Shown here: in pieces, positions 1 to 8,666 of the stretch
Position numbering within the stretch: position 1 is the stretch's first letter
Layout of the letters: each line of letters opens with the position of its first letter
Source of the DNA: Nitrosopumilaceae archaeon
Lineage (GTDB): Archaea; Thermoproteota; Nitrososphaeria; Nitrososphaerales; Nitrosopumilaceae
DNA length: 64,000 nt
Assembly: GCA_965208905.1 (NCBI GenBank)
Contig: OZ242365.1
Coordinates: 1,344,001 to 1,408,000 of the forward strand
Direction: 5' to 3'
The notes under the pieces: generated by a model
What the model saw: only the letters and a program-made list of their open reading frames with translations
The model's database searches: none
Told to the model about the DNA's origin: nothing
Program-made: the position numbers and the translations under genes

Positions 1-276
1 TTGCTTAGTTTGCATCCCGCATCACTGACTGCTGAACATCTAGGTGGTTCCATTGACAATGGCATTACAATTGGATTTTTAGTTGGTGATGTAAGATCTG
101 CATTGGAAGAACTACAAGAGAAAGGAGTTCGAGTGTATCGCGACATTGTAGAGCGCGAAGCCGGAAAGAATGCTATAGTATATGACCCCGACGATTATTT
201 GATATCTCTCTTTGAGCCAAACTTTAAGGATAAAGAACAACAGACTGGCGGTTATCACGGTTTCACCCCTGCCTAA
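1..276 (+). CDS. VOC/glyoxalase family protein, 5'-truncated by window edge
   Basis: IGFLVGDV...ELQEKGV...AIVYDPDDYLISLFE matches the C-terminal half of the VOC fold. Confidence 0.75.
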   Translation: MLSLHPASLTAEHLGGSIDNGITIGFLVGDVRSALEELQEKGVRVYRDIVEREAGKNAIVYDPDDYLISLFEPNFKDKEQQTGGYHGFTPA

Positions 277-303
277 ACTATTATCAAACTTTTAGTGTCT
301 TTA

Positions 304-684
304 TTATTCTGTAATGACTTTTTTGACAGACTCTATGACATTCATGTAATCATCATCCTTGCCACTTATGGTTACGATATATGCTATGTTTTCGGAGGGT
401 ATGAGGACCATCTTTACCTTTTTATGAACTACTAACATATGCTCCATTCTTCCGATATGATCTTCAGAATCTCGACTTATATTTAGAATCGTGGATAAGA
501 CAAAGAACTCGTTTTTTGCCTGTTCGCGACCCAACATGGGCTGAGTCCCTGACCGTATAAACCCGGTAACTGTACGCCCGTACTTGTTTATTGCGCCCAC
601 ATATCGTATACTACTTGAAATATTCAGTATACTCTTGCATATCTTTGCTTGTTTGTCTACATTAGTGCTCTGTCTTTCTGACAT
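304..684 (-). CDS. Roadblock/longin-like thaumarchaeal protein (DUF6659-like)
   Basis: CKSILNISSSIRYVGAINKYGR N-terminal pattern. Confidence 0.55.
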   Translation of the reverse strand: MSERQSTNVDKQAKICKSILNISSSIRYVGAINKYGRTVTGFIRSGTQPMLGREQAKNEFFVLSTILNISRDSEDHIGRMEHMLVVHKKVKMVLIPSENIAYIVTISGKDDDYMNVIESVKKVITE

Positions 685-789
685 GATGTAACCTTGCTTA
701 TCAATGATAAGTATGTTTGCTATATGCTGATGTGATGTATCGTAAATGATGTAGAACCCATACGACTATCATCTCACCAATTATGGGAA

Positions 790-2145
790 TTATATAGATA
801 AGAAAACAGCCACAGCTGCGCGCTTATCCCTTTTCTGACGACTTTTCTGTATGGAGTGGAGCATGGCGGGTGTTGGCTTGTAGCCCTCCTTGTGCCCCGG
901 CCGTCTTAGGACGACGTTCCCCGCCGCCCGATACAGAATGTTCCAGGCGGCATTGACATCCGCGTGGAACACTCTGGTACAGTTAGTGCAAATGAACTTA
1001 TCGCGTGATATACGCGACTCTGAGTCTACGTGACCACACACATGGCACGTCTGGCTCGTATATTTGGCCGATGCCCCCAACAGCGGTATGTTGTGCATCT
1101 CACACCACTGCGCAAGCTTGCGCAGGAACTCCCCAACACGGTTCTCCCGCATTGAACGGTTCATGGCGCGTTTGTAATTCCCGCCATGGGTGGTCATATC
1201 CTTTACGGAGAGCGATTCGACCACGACTGCGTCCACACCATTAGTTATCTGCGCAATCGTCTGATTTATCGTGTTCGCGGCTATGTTGTTGGCCTTCCTG
1301 TATAGCCGCTTAATTTGGTCATTCAATACACACCACTTCCGGCCATGCCGTACCTTATGGTCACGAAGGTTCTTGAGCGCGTCAATCTCCCGCAGGATTG
1401 CTCTATGGCGTGTGTTGTGTATTGTAACATTGCCATTTGTGTCGACGGTAACTGCCAGGTGTTTGCCGCCCACATCAACACCACGTATTACACCTGTATT
1501 GCGGTGCGGCTCGACCGGGACGCGCACGGCGATATGTATCTCAAACATGTGGTCGGACGGCTTTGTATGCTTGTCCACCCGTTTGGTGACATCAACTATC
1601 TTGAATGAGCGCATGTCCCATGATACATCGATGGGCTTGGCGGTCTCCACCGTACCATATCCGGGGATATGTATGGTGTGCTCACCTTTTCGTACAGGCG
1701 GTGTAACGGAACAAAGTATGATGCGGCCGTCTTTGCGGCGGTACGGCGCGTGGTCTGAGTTGTCATCTATAACCCTTCTACATGCGGCGGAGGCATCCTG
1801 TATGGCGCCCCTGCCAAACGATGCGGGGCACTCGCGCAGCCATGTATGTTTGGCGCGCCACCCCGTAAGCTGCTTGAACATGCCATACTTTAATGCCCTC
1901 TTTGACGGCCCAAAATCATATGTATGGTAGTCATCGTCCAGCGTACCTGATGTAAAACCACCTAGTTTGCCCGGCAGTTTGAATGGCTGAAGGATGTCCA
2001 CTACCACCCTCTCCATATATTCGCCACCAAACAAATACTCTGATACGGCGCGGTTGTACACATATCTTGACGCATGATTCGTGCGGTGCGCCCACTCTAC
2101 AAACAACACATCCTTTCGTAGCGGTACCTTGACTATCCGTATCAT
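790..2145 (-). CDS. tnpB: TnpB family RNA-guided endonuclease, apparently intact
   Basis: RuvC motifs GVDVGG, VVVESL, HADVNAAWNI; zinc finger TSQTCHVCG...CTNC; N-terminal SRYVYNRAV. Confidence 0.92.
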   Translation of the reverse strand: MIRIVKVPLRKDVLFVEWAHRTNHASRYVYNRAVSEYLFGGEYMERVVVDILQPFKLPGKLGGFTSGTLDDDYHTYDFGPSKRALKYGMFKQLTGWRAKHTWLRECPASFGRGAIQDASAACRRVIDDNSDHAPYRRKDGRIILCSVTPPVRKGEHTIHIPGYGTVETAKPIDVSWDMRSFKIVDVTKRVDKHTKPSDHMFEIHIAVRVPVEPHRNTGVIRGVDVGGKHLAVTVDTNGNVTIHNTRHRAILREIDALKNLRDHKVRHGRKWCVLNDQIKRLYRKANNIAANTINQTIAQITNGVDAVVVESLSVKDMTTHGGNYKRAMNRSMRENRVGEFLRKLAQWCEMHNIPLLGASAKYTSQTCHVCGHVDSESRISRDKFICTNCTRVFHADVNAAWNILYRAAGNVVLRRPGHKEGYKPTPAMLHSIQKSRQKRDKRAAVAVFLSI

Positions 2146-2165
2146 GATGTGTAATACGGTATACT

Positions 2166-2176
2166 GGTATTTAAGG
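2166..2176 (-). promoter_or_regulatory. Putative archaeal TATA box of tnpB A
   Basis: Minus-strand CTTAAATA about 25 nt upstream of the start; the same octamer precedes tnpB B1 and B2. Confidence 0.45.
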
Positions 2177-2311
2177 AAGAATGTGGCGCATAGGCATGAA
2201 ATCCATGGTGGTTTAGGCGTTAACCAAAACCTCCGCAGGGGTGTTCTAATCTATATAATTCCCCCAATTATCATACAAAACATCAAATATGTCTTGTAAA
2301 ACTTACTATGT

Positions 2312-2674
2312 ATGGATGCTTCAAGCGATATGCTAAAGACACTATATGGTCTTAATCCTGACATGTACAACATGGCATTTCAATTCCCACGCCTTCCACC
2401 CGCAGCACTGAAGAGGATTGGTATCAATAATGATACGTTTTATCGCCTAGGTGATGACATACTTTCTGCTGACTTTGAAACGTTTCGGGCAGCCTTTCTA
2501 GAGCGAGCCAATGCCCTCACTACTGGATCTGCAACAGTTCCTCCGGGCCATCCACTGAGTAGCGGACGCAGACTTTTAAACTCTGTAATTGCCGAAAGGG
2601 ACAAACTACAAAAGGAGAATCAAGAGTTGCGCGAACAACTCAAAGCTACCCCCGACACCAATACACCGCCATAA
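2312..2674 (+). CDS. Hypothetical protein with C-terminal coiled coil
   Basis: 120-aa ORF, ERDKLQKENQELREQLK. Confidence 0.5.
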   Translation: MDASSDMLKTLYGLNPDMYNMAFQFPRLPPAALKRIGINNDTFYRLGDDILSADFETFRAAFLERANALTTGSATVPPGHPLSSGRRLLNSVIAERDKLQKENQELREQLKATPDTNTPP

Positions 2675-2807
2675 CCCTACGTTGGTAATCCTGATACTTT
2701 TGCTGTGAGTATATCTCTACGATTAGGACCGCTAACCCGCCCAGTTAGAGTGACGTTCTTTGACTATGGATTATCCGAGATTGGACATAAATGACATCGA
2801 ATAAAAA

Positions 2808-3311
2808 TTACATATCTGATATTATATCTGCTCGTTTTGAAGAGATTTCCTTCTTGGCGTACTGTCTGATATCGTTTAACACATCAGGATTGGCGTCCTT
2901 GTATCGTTTAGATTCCATAAACATGTCTATCTTATCGGCATCATGCACTAGAATTGACTCGGGAGTCTTGGCTTCTACATACTCGCTCCATATGTCCTTG
3001 TATTGGTTATGTAGCTTTTTTGGAAGTTTTTCTAGTATGTCATCCATGGCCTTTTGGGTGTGCTTCTTCTTTTCGTTCCGGGGCATCTGATCCGGGGTAA
3101 TATCTCCGATTATGCCTTCGGCGATATCGTGCAGCAGGGACATCTTGACTACGCGCTCCGTATCTAAACCTTCCATGTCCGACAATGCCATTGCAATGAC
3201 ACTTGCACCATAACTATGATCAGCTACAGTCTCACCCTCTTCCACACCTGCTTTTATCCAACCAGAACGGTATATCTCTTTGAGATCCAATGCTGCATTT
3301 GCTAAATCCAT
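2808..3311 (-). CDS. HD-domain hydrolase (YfbR/HDDC2-like 5'-deoxynucleotidase)
   Basis: LKEIYRSGW, ETVADHSY, LLHDIAE, GDITP, DADKID motifs. Confidence 0.85.
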   Translation of the reverse strand: MDLANAALDLKEIYRSGWIKAGVEEGETVADHSYGASVIAMALSDMEGLDTERVVKMSLLHDIAEGIIGDITPDQMPRNEKKKHTQKAMDDILEKLPKKLHNQYKDIWSEYVEAKTPESILVHDADKIDMFMESKRYKDANPDVLNDIRQYAKKEISSKRADIISDM

Positions 3312-3433
3312 CAATACTTTCTCACATCTCCCTCAAGTAAACCGGAGCCAAGGTGTACCCTGTCTATATGTTTTGATAACAACTCGGCAGTTTTAAAAGT
3401 TGATCCACAATACGGACATACAAAATGCTCCAT
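3311..3433 (-). CDS. Small C2H2 zinc-finger protein (40 aa)
   Basis: MEHFVCPYCGSTFKTAELLSKHIDRVH; start moved to internal Met of the tracked ORF. Confidence 0.7.
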   Translation of the reverse strand: MEHFVCPYCGSTFKTAELLSKHIDRVHLGSGLLEGDVRKY

Positions 3434-3705
3434 AATTTCCAGGTATATGTTTGATAATAAATAATTTCTGATTAATCTACAACGTTTCATAATTCGCATG
3501 CCTTTCGACAGGTCGTCTGGTTCCATGGCTGGCAGTGGCCGGCGGGACGATATAAGGACGCGGCGCGTTTCTTGGACATACACCAGGTTACAAATATCAT
3601 AGGCCTTCTGCAGATTACTAGAATAATCCACTAGGATCGCTCACTAGAATAACCCAATAGAATCACTAGATATCATTATAAAACTCAAAGTATTGCTCAC
3701 CTATA

Positions 3706-6700
3706 ATGATTAAATTAATGCTAGTAGCCATTATTACATTCTCACTGGCCGGAGTATCAGTACTTGCTTACTATGATACTCCCCAGAGCAATGCCGTGCC
3801 ACAGAGTGCAGGCATTCCGTTTGCAGAAGCTTCCACCCTACCCTCTGTTTCTCATGAAATATGGATAGAGGCAGTAAAAATGCCCGATGGGATGTACGCA
3901 TACAAACTTGCCGCATATGACATGGATGGCACATCTGTGATCGACAGGTTTAGCACTAAACCATCAATTCCCGGTCCGACTCTGATCTTTACCGAGGGCG
4001 ATGAGGTTACGCTGCACCTGACAAATTTAGCCTGCAAGGATGATTATCTCATAGGAAGTAATGGACCGAACGAGAATTCTTATCTTGGAATTCACGTTCA
4101 CGGCGTGCATTATTCTATAGAAGATGATGCAAGCTACCAGCGAATGCATATGACCGGCACCACCGCTGAATCCGCCGCAAGCTGTGGCGATTCGGTGACT
4201 TACGAATGGGATGTCGGCGTTGGAACTGCTGGAACATGGCCTTATCACGATCACACATTCAGCAAGAATGAAATCGGCTCCGAAGATCTGGGACTGTTCG
4301 GGACTGTCATTGTAAACCCCGCAAGCGGGACGGTTTCTGGTTTTGTCAATGGCGAGACTGGAACGATAGATTCAATACCCGTTGAAGACATCGAAAAGGA
4401 ATTCATCCTTTGGATGGTTTCCTCCAAAGTTTTGGGTACAAGTGTCTTTTATGGTATGGAAGTTGATAATGACGTAAACAATGATGGTACCATAACCACA
4501 GACGACATCAAGCAGACCCCGTTGTGGACCAATCCTCCGCTCTACGCAACCGACGGTGCCAAAGTCAGATACCATGTACTTGGCATAGGTGATGAAACAC
4601 ACGCATTCCACCTTCACGGCCACCGCTGGGTTGAAGCTACCGGAGGCGCAGCCGACATCATCGATGTAAAGGAGATATCGCCACTGCAGCGCCACACATT
4701 CGTCATTGAAGCGAGCGATAACGGAAATGAGCACACAGGTACGGAAGGTTGGATGTATCACTGTCATGTGTTTGAACACATGGAAGCTGGTATGAACGGA
4801 ATGATGATGGTAATCGACGGTAGCGATACGCTGCCGGAGATCGGCGCCGTCTTTACACTGAGCGATGAGCCGGGGACTTGGATGAAAACCTTGGATTCCG
4901 GGTTTACCGACGTACTTGACGATGCCTTAGCCGCTTCCACCCTGACCATCTCTGATGAGGCAGGTGAAGAAACGGTAATTCCATCACTGAACGCTAACCC
5001 GGAGGAGGGTACAGGATTCCCGCTGGATTATCTAGGCGTATTGTCTCCTGGATTCGCGGATTCTGAGGGCCGCTCCTTGGCGGTTATCGAGACCGGCCAA
5101 ACCGTACTGTTTGGCATGAAAGACTCGCAAACAAAACACACCATCACTGCGCTAATCTATCCGACTTCTGCCGCTTCGGATGGGCCGATTGGCGGCAACG
5201 GCGTATTGACGCAAGCCGGCATAGGACTCTTTGATGCCCAGACTGGTATCCGAGGCTCCACATTCATCACTGATGATGATGGATTTGCAGCCACGCTTGA
5301 CGAGCCCGGACTGTACGTGTTTGTCTGCAAGATACACCCGTATATGCTCAGCGCAGTCATAGTTGACGACCCCGAAACAAACATACATCTGGGTAATGTC
5401 AACAAGGATTCCGGCGGCACAACAATTCCACTATTGGACCTCTCTGACAACCTGACCATTCTGACCCGCACCGGCACGTCCTTCCCGACAACGGTGTCCA
5501 TAAGTCCAGACGATCCGTTGATCGGACTGGTTACATCCTTGGTCAAGACATTCTACGCGATCACCGACCCGTCCAACTGGAAGGATTACACCCAAGATAC
5601 ATGGAATGTAAACCTTCCACCAGCACCATTGACTACAAACAACAACGATGTATGGATCTTCTTGGTCGATGGTGATACCGTGGGTACCATTGCGGGATTG
5701 ACGGCTCCGTCCAACCCCGACACCGGAACAGTCGCGTCAACCATCCTGCCTCTAGGCTTGGACAGCTCTATGTCTATCAGCGCAGATGTCCCGCAAGTCA
5801 GCGGAGTAGGCGAGGTTTGGGTGAATACGCAGTTTGAGGCCACAGTGGGCAAGAACCTGCTGGGCACGCACGCGGACAAGCCAGGTACCATAACTGTGAT
5901 TAACGCAGATGACTGGAGCATTGAGCGCAAGCTTTCCTTGCCTGAACTTGGGACGAACGATCCACAAAGATTGGCCACGAGTTTGGGCATGAACAACCCC
6001 CATAATCTCTGGGCCGATGCCAAAAACGAGGTTATCTACCAGACTCAGTGGTTTGACAAACGGATGGTTGCATTCGAACGCGAATCCGGAGACGTAATCA
6101 AGGACATGTTTGTTGGTGAATCTCCATCACACGTTATGACTGCTCCTGCGGGAAGCGGTGAAGGAAACATTTACCTTGCCATGAACGGCGAGGAACAAAT
6201 TACAGTGGTAGATCCCAACACCTTTGATATCATTCAACAGATATCTACCGGTCCGCGTTCACACCCACACGGTCATTGGATATCCAGTGACGGCTCAAAA
6301 ATCGTAACTCCAGACTTTATAGGACTGAAGGCATCCATCATAGATCTTGAAGAAGGTACCGTGACCAGTGCTGCACATGCGGATGGTTCCACCCTGTTGA
6401 TTACGCCGATTGCAACCGGCATGATGGGTGATGTTTCAAAGTTCTATACCGCCGATTTCCTAGGAAACACCCTATCGGTAATTGATCTTAGTACAAACAC
6501 CATTACAAAACAAATAGACATAATTGCCGAAACTGGTGGCATAGTTGGACTTCCAATCCAGACGCCGGTTAGTCCGGATGATAAATGGATGGTTACTGCA
6601 CACACACTTGGCACAAAGATCACCGTCGTTGATACTCGTACGGATGAAATTGTTGCCACTCTTCCATGTGATCCCGAATGCCATGGTGTTCAGTGGGGCG

Positions 6701-7065
6701 CAAAAAAGAACGGAGGATACTTGGCATACGTGTCCAGTAAATTCTCCAATGCTCTGATTGTCGTCGATCCTGACCCTAATGGAAACGGTAGCGCCCTTGA
6801 CGCAAGGGTTATTGGGAAGATTGTTCTCACAGAGCAGTTTGATACAGACATGGATGACCGAGTATACGATCACGCCGGAATGGGAGGACAAGGTCTCCTT
6901 ACAGTTCCAAATGTTTATGCGGGATGGATTCAGCAAACTATCGAAGCATGCTCAGATGGACAAGGAGAGCTCAGCGAACAACTGTGTGGAGAAGAGATGG
7001 TCGCATTCTTAGAATCACTAGAAGACGAACACTTGGACCCATTAAATCCTGCTAACGACGGCTAA
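3706..7065 (+). CDS. Secreted two-domain multicopper oxidase fused to a cupredoxin domain and a YVTN-type beta-propeller
   Basis: Signal peptide; HVHG, WPYHDH, HAFHLHGH, YHCHVFEHMEAGM; HTIT...FVCKIHPYM; repeated propeller blades (ITVVD, LSVID). Confidence 0.85.
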   Translation: MIKLMLVAIITFSLAGVSVLAYYDTPQSNAVPQSAGIPFAEASTLPSVSHEIWIEAVKMPDGMYAYKLAAYDMDGTSVIDRFSTKPSIPGPTLIFTEGDEVTLHLTNLACKDDYLIGSNGPNENSYLGIHVHGVHYSIEDDASYQRMHMTGTTAESAASCGDSVTYEWDVGVGTAGTWPYHDHTFSKNEIGSEDLGLFGTVIVNPASGTVSGFVNGETGTIDSIPVEDIEKEFILWMVSSKVLGTSVFYGMEVDNDVNNDGTITTDDIKQTPLWTNPPLYATDGAKVRYHVLGIGDETHAFHLHGHRWVEATGGAADIIDVKEISPLQRHTFVIEASDNGNEHTGTEGWMYHCHVFEHMEAGMNGMMMVIDGSDTLPEIGAVFTLSDEPGTWMKTLDSGFTDVLDDALAASTLTISDEAGEETVIPSLNANPEEGTGFPLDYLGVLSPGFADSEGRSLAVIETGQTVLFGMKDSQTKHTITALIYPTSAASDGPIGGNGVLTQAGIGLFDAQTGIRGSTFITDDDGFAATLDEPGLYVFVCKIHPYMLSAVIVDDPETNIHLGNVNKDSGGTTIPLLDLSDNLTILTRTGTSFPTTVSISPDDPLIGLVTSLVKTFYAITDPSNWKDYTQDTWNVNLPPAPLTTNNNDVWIFLVDGDTVGTIAGLTAPSNPDTGTVASTILPLGLDSSMSISADVPQVSGVGEVWVNTQFEATVGKNLLGTHADKPGTITVINADDWSIERKLSLPELGTNDPQRLATSLGMNNPHNLWADAKNEVIYQTQWFDKRMVAFERESGDVIKDMFVGESPSHVMTAPAGSGEGNIYLAMNGEEQITVVDPNTFDIIQQISTGPRSHPHGHWISSDGSKIVTPDFIGLKASIIDLEEGTVTSAAHADGSTLLITPIATGMMGDVSKFYTADFLGNTLSVIDLSTNTITKQIDIIAETGGIVGLPIQTPVSPDDKWMVTAHTLGTKITVVDTRTDEIVATLPCDPECHGVQWGAKKNGGYLAYVSSKFSNALIVVDPDPNGNGSALDARVIGKIVLTEQFDTDMDDRVYDHAGMGGQGLLTVPNVYAGWIQQTIEACSDGQGELSEQLCGEEMVAFLESLEDEHLDPLNPANDG

Positions 7066-7095
7066 ACAATACAACAATAATTTTTTTGTTTTTTA
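7066..7095 (+). terminator. Oligo-T archaeal terminator
   Basis: TTTTTTTTGTTTTTT right after the stop codon. Confidence 0.45.
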
Positions 7096-7184
7096 GAAAT
7101 GCCACAAACTGTGGTGATGGATCTACCTGTCAAATCGGGCGGATAGAATCTTCTTATCCGCCTGCCTACAAATGAGTATGTCAG

Positions 7185-7312
7185 AAAGGTGATGTGCTGA
7201 CATACGACAACAGCCACCAATAATTGAAAGCGCAGGTGGAAATAATAATATCCTCGTTCAAGAGGCTGCTGGGAGCGGCTCTCCGGGCAGTAAAACCCGA
7301 GTATATGATGGG
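7185..7312 (+). pseudogene. IS5-family transposase C-terminal remnant
   Basis: KAQVEIIISSFKRLLGAALRAVKPEYMM resembles the IS5 R-x2-VE-x3-S-x-FKR signature; in-frame stop upstream. Confidence 0.5.
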
Positions 7313-7456
7313 GACGCACCATCTCTGGATTACCGTCTGAATGTATACAATCGTGCTGCTGGTGCCGGGCCTCCTGAGGCTTTATACTAGTGGACACACC
7401 AGATGAGATGAAGACAGAACAACATTAAAAATACCATCACTTAATAATACACACTG

Positions 7457-7819
7457 TTGCCTGATGACACCATCGTTGTATATGTGGATGGTCGGGGCGG
7501 TAACTCTAGTGGGTATGGCTACTATGCGCCAAATACGGGAGAATCAGATTTTATCAAGAAGTCAGACCTGACAAATATGGAGGCTGAATATACTGCAATT
7601 TTATTTGCATTGGAAAAGTATGCGTATACACAAAAACCACTTGTGTTGTATAGTGATGCGCAAACTGTAGTCTTGCAGATAAATCATGAATACTCTATAA
7701 AAAAAGATACACTTCGAGACCTGGCCCGTAAAATATGGCTCTTAATTAAAGAATATCCTTCAGTTGAGATAAAATGGATACCGCGTGAAGAGAACCTTGC
7801 AGGCAAGATGTTGGGCTGA
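7457..7819 (+). CDS. rnhA: Ribonuclease HI family protein
   Basis: YVDG, TNMEAEY, YSDAQTVV, WIPREENLA. Confidence 0.85.
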   Translation: MPDDTIVVYVDGRGGNSSGYGYYAPNTGESDFIKKSDLTNMEAEYTAILFALEKYAYTQKPLVLYSDAQTVVLQINHEYSIKKDTLRDLARKIWLLIKEYPSVEIKWIPREENLAGKMLG

Positions 7820-8587
7820 CTATGACCCACTCAGACTGCGCCGGTATATGCATTGTGTGGGGTCTACGTACATTGAATCATCTGGCATAGTGTATCCGCC
7901 GGTCACAATATTAGAACCGCGTACGACAACATAGGGTGTTGATTGGGATCCCTCACCCATGATGTAGTTGCCTGCCGATGCCATACTGTCTGCTACAGCC
8001 TGAAATGTTACCTTGAGCGGCTTTCCGTCCAAGTCTGAGCGACCGCGCATGTCTATAACTGGCGAGAGTCCCGCACACGCTACGGCGACACCAACAGTTC
8101 CTACACGACCTGGCATTAGGCGACTGTCTGCTAGTATGACCCCCACAAGAATACCTGTATCTAAAAATATGCGGCGACGAAGAGTCTCGGCAGTCTTATG
8201 CGGAGATGCAGGATACATTATCAAACTATCATGTCCAGCATTGGATGCATCAATTCCTGCATTTGGGGCCATCATGCCATTTGTGAAAGCTAAAACAAAC
8301 CCGTTCATGCCACCTAATGTATAATCAGACTCTCGTAGTATGACCTCTGCTGTCTTTGATTTTATTCTATATCTGTTGGAGATATGTTGCGCATAGTCTG
8401 AAACGTGTATGGTATTGGTTTGTATGATGCGGCCTTCGGATATTGCAGCAAATTTTGTAGACACTATAACGACATCACCAGGTAATATTTTTAGATGATT
8501 TTTATATAATCCATCTTTGAGGCATCTGTACAAATCAAATCTATCACTCTGTCTCTTTACACGTACGGGGAATAAATTCATCTTCAT
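7820..8587 (-). CDS. cofE: Coenzyme F420-0:L-glutamate ligase
   Basis: PNAGIDASN, GVILADS, DMRGRSDLDG, ADSMASAG, MGEG. Confidence 0.88.
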   Translation of the reverse strand: MKMNLFPVRVKRQSDRFDLYRCLKDGLYKNHLKILPGDVVIVSTKFAAISEGRIIQTNTIHVSDYAQHISNRYRIKSKTAEVILRESDYTLGGMNGFVLAFTNGMMAPNAGIDASNAGHDSLIMYPASPHKTAETLRRRIFLDTGILVGVILADSRLMPGRVGTVGVAVACAGLSPVIDMRGRSDLDGKPLKVTFQAVADSMASAGNYIMGEGSQSTPYVVVRGSNIVTGGYTMPDDSMYVDPTQCIYRRSLSGS

Positions 8588-8666
8588 ATATTATAACACC
8601 ACAAGGGAATTTTTAGCGTTACCATGATGATGCCAAAGTTTTAAAATCCTCCATTATAATAACAAA

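Larger units (their letters stand above)
785..2263 (-). mobile_element. Non-autonomous TIR element carrying only tnpB (element A)
   Basis: TIRs GGGAATTATATAGATAAGAAAAC (785-807) and 2241-2263, 21/23 match; 8-bp TSD CCAATTAT at 777-784 and 2264-2271. Confidence 0.9.

Noticed and set aside
1005-1930. Long antisense or overlapping ORFs over tnpB, IS110, purL and others (e.g. 1271-1930, 31357-32052, 36241-36897, 51413-52252)
   Set aside because: Shadow frames of well-supported genes with no motifs of their own
790-2145. Calling the RuvC proteins Cas12f/Cas14 effectors
   Set aside because: No CRISPR array or cas1/cas2 nearby; size and context fit TnpB
7100-7400. Structured ncRNA suggested by two hairpins
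   Set aside because: Part of the region translates as an IS5 transposase remnant; no recognisable RNA family
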